Source of the DNA: Holophagales bacterium UBA5066
GTDB taxonomy: Bacteria; Acidobacteriota; Thermoanaerobaculia; UBA5066
Direction of reading: 5' to 3'
Assembly: GCA_002414905.1 (NCBI GenBank)
Contig: DIAY01000014.1
Location: 741 to 64,740 of the forward strand
DNA length: 64,000 nt
Under the pieces are notes generated by a model. It was not told the DNA's origin, did no database searches, and saw only the letters and a list, made by a program, of their open reading frames with translations. Below, one piece after another: positions 63,401-64,000 of the stretch (within the stretch, counting starts at the first letter, position 1; the number at the start of each line of letters is the position of its first letter). A program made the position numbers and the translations under genes.

Positions 63401-64000
63401 GCCCTCGACCGCCGGGCGGCGGTCCTCCTCGAGCGGCACGTCCCGGGCTACCGGGAGATCATCTCGAGCGAGCTGCCGGCCTTCGTGAAGGAGTCGACGG
63501 CGCTCGTCTTCGGCAAGAAGCTGGCAGAGTCGACGGCGCGCCGCTGCCTCCGTGCTTCGGCCGCGCTCTGGGTCGACGCCCGTACGCGCGAGGACCTCAT
63601 CCTGCCGACATGCCTCTTCGCCATGGAGTACCTCCGCTACCTCGCGGAGGATTCGGAAAGCTGGGACGAGACGAAAGAGCACGAAAGCCGGACGACGCGC
63701 GAGGAGGAGCTGATCCGCGAGACCTCGAGCGGCGCTTTCGGGGCGCTCTGCGCCGAGCGTCCGGGCGGCCGGTGGCCGACTCTCCAGTCGCTCGTCGACA
63801 CGGAGGACGCCACCCGGCTCCTCCTCGCGCGAGAGCTGACGATCGAGGAGAAGCGGGAGTTCGTCGACCTGCGGATCGAAGGGTGGCTGCGCCTTCTTCC
63901 CGACGCCTTCTCCCGCGGGCTGCGGCGCGAATGGGCACGCCTCAGGGAGCTCGCCAAGGATGACCTGACGCTCGACGCGATCGAGCGCCTCGTCGCACTG
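60440..64000 (+). CDS. Fusion protein: class I/II (aspartate-type) aminotransferase + archaeal-type PEP-carboxylase-like domain; 3' end outside window
   Basis: My own translation. The frame is open from the stop at 60182-84 to the window edge and is absent from the track. Start is TTG 60440 (SD GGAGGA, 7-nt spacer) or GTG 60488 (SD GGAG). Aminotransferase motifs: NNPHNPTG (61010-33), SLSGLSK (Lys codon 61208-10), WQRLSYG. PEPcase_2-like motifs: TKHPDS (61955-72), DFEG (62147-58), MSDTA (62747-61), GAGRAGFRGG (62894-923). Confidence 0.8.
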   Translation, partial: MKDDGPTTTLEPAGESVSGLSRRALATPEPFVRLFSRRVQQEGALDLTQGDYKNADFAPHPEVVRAAQRITRNTVHSYGPAVGRMDVRSEVADFFNRDGLLDYPASQVRFLPDEVLFTPGTRSGLAMVLEVLGADGSGVVVPRPSWEYDWYVERAGKKLVELPTSAPGFLPDPKDLDRLLEKGGISSVILNNPHNPTGRVYPRALVEELVRVAVEHRVYVLYDSVYQRLDYVGWFVNPAFADPEWRDWVVSLSGLSKMDMFGASTGTRACWMMISDQIRSNGVRAREILANLSAWLVATPSTLAQDWALAALQSPLAALRRPSPYMRERRDFMARAADELASLGVERTDFGGTFYAPLAFPGLVGEPFDRLRGGIHEKAVVKDSVDAFELLLSGGVGGIPFVAFAGSDPARYGTWQRLSYGSKDVKELSVFIDRVRARITQQGRLGSSAPATCAPTARSPIDAVWESVCTAEGYDALDGFDPKTFAVARKAFLESPRHETLRLTGTKHPDSTTHRAGQLGRALAAAPAGSPDRARLCLTYLEWNPLVDARPEYEETIADLLGPCSEVLLDFEGRQISPEWLDLPEKVVLALLRHGIVAGEDRHLLFRVPNPFIEQDEEKIVRILGAVARANVLFQLACEKLGIKPVRNALPEISVPQVNSIAEIGAVVKIGTLYQAAIAELFEGAEGRADVFLRERVPAARRIALIEKVSRVRLVPLCENVGALAHLPDFLEAFYLALERGRGLPGLPTAAVFRTSFDHEEAVVRVFVAMSDTAEQSGKIATDAACTLALAGRQEAERRLAALAQKAGEPAPRVTFLIGAGRAGFRGGFDPGHPGVLRQFSRADGVTMQGIRADSPTEAERLAAAFRTEIASGVPLPAVSAADREALMRLLETGVKAHTETLLRIAPLLSPFGRLVPQTRVRIRATGSVNYGRSIPTYPEEWGGGTTLPGNRVLRDAWPEGVTLPRAIVYNLACTTLGLPAVTSDLVALDRRAAVLLERHVPGYREIISSELPAFVKESTALVFGKKLAESTARRCLRASAALWVDARTREDLILPTCLFAMEYLRYLAEDSESWDETKEHESRTTREEELIRETSSGAFGALCAERPGGRWPTLQSLVDTEDATRLLLARELTIEEKREFVDLRIEGWLRLLPDAFSRGLRREWARLRELAKDDLTLDAIERLVAL

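Noticed and set aside
60116-63682. Three minus-strand ORFs (60116..61567, 61814..62938, 63002..63682) that are the only track entries over this region
   Set aside because: All are Arg/Gly/Glu-rich with no recognisable motifs. The opposite strand carries an uninterrupted frame with complete aminotransferase and PEPcase_2-like motif series. They are antisense shadows.
1-64000. Search for prophage, integron, transposon or defence-island signatures
   Set aside because: No integrase, transposase, recombinase, phage structural, restriction-modification, or known defence-system domain combinations were recognisable in any supported frame. Apart from vapBC and the inverted-repeat element at 47.4 kb, the window reads as core metabolic and envelope chromosome.

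Overview
Very GC-rich bacterial chromosomal segment: third codon positions are almost all G/C, so long Arg/Pro/Gly-rich shadow ORFs occur in nearly every frame. I support about 50 protein-coding genes and see no rRNA, tRNA, CRISPR array, transposase or integrase. The gene content (a TonB-dependent receptor with a carboxypeptidase-regulatory-like N-terminus, many secreted peptidases) makes me guess an Acidobacteriota-like organism, but this is unverified.

Genes, left to right:
- Acyl-CoA synthetase (5'-truncated by the window edge), a GT-C-like membrane protein, a YdiJ-like FAD/Fe-S oxidoreductase and a GT51 transglycosylase.
- A TetR regulator.
- A tightly coupled 9-gene minus-strand lipid-type operon (8951-18933) directly downstream of a TonB-dependent receptor.
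- A TPR protein and hbd.
- An ECF sigma module.
- An M13 peptidase, an ABC pair, a 2-hydroxyacid dehydrogenase, a membrane PP2C phosphatase and an Fpg/Nei glycosylase preceded by two paralogous membrane proteins.
- An aldo/keto reductase, a GT4 glycosyltransferase, rlmI and an orphan MCP-signalling-like protein.
- An O-methyltransferase, then C1, M50B-like and M1 peptidases and a large secreted beta-sandwich-repeat protein.
- vapBC, a POT peptide transporter, an EamA transporter, a class V aminotransferase and a PA-domain metalloprotease.

Most notable observations:
1. A plus-strand ORF of more than 1170 codons runs off the right edge (60440/60488..64000) and is absent from the supplied ORF track. 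It fuses a complete class I/II aminotransferase to an archaeal-type PEP-carboxylase-like domain.
2. The 9-gene operon contains a KAS III-like enzyme that keeps the active-site Cys but lacks the FabH His and Asn.
3. Two tandem GIDE-like membrane paralogs are coupled to the DNA glycosylase gene.
4. A 23-bp inverted repeat element overlaps the 3' end of a gene.
5. An unlisted 53-aa Pmp3/YqaE-family gene lies at 56745..56906.

Many longest-ORF starts in the track are wrong. I trimmed them to internal starts with Shine-Dalgarno sequences or 4-nt GTGA/TTGA overlaps. All family assignments come from motif recognition by eye; no database search was run.
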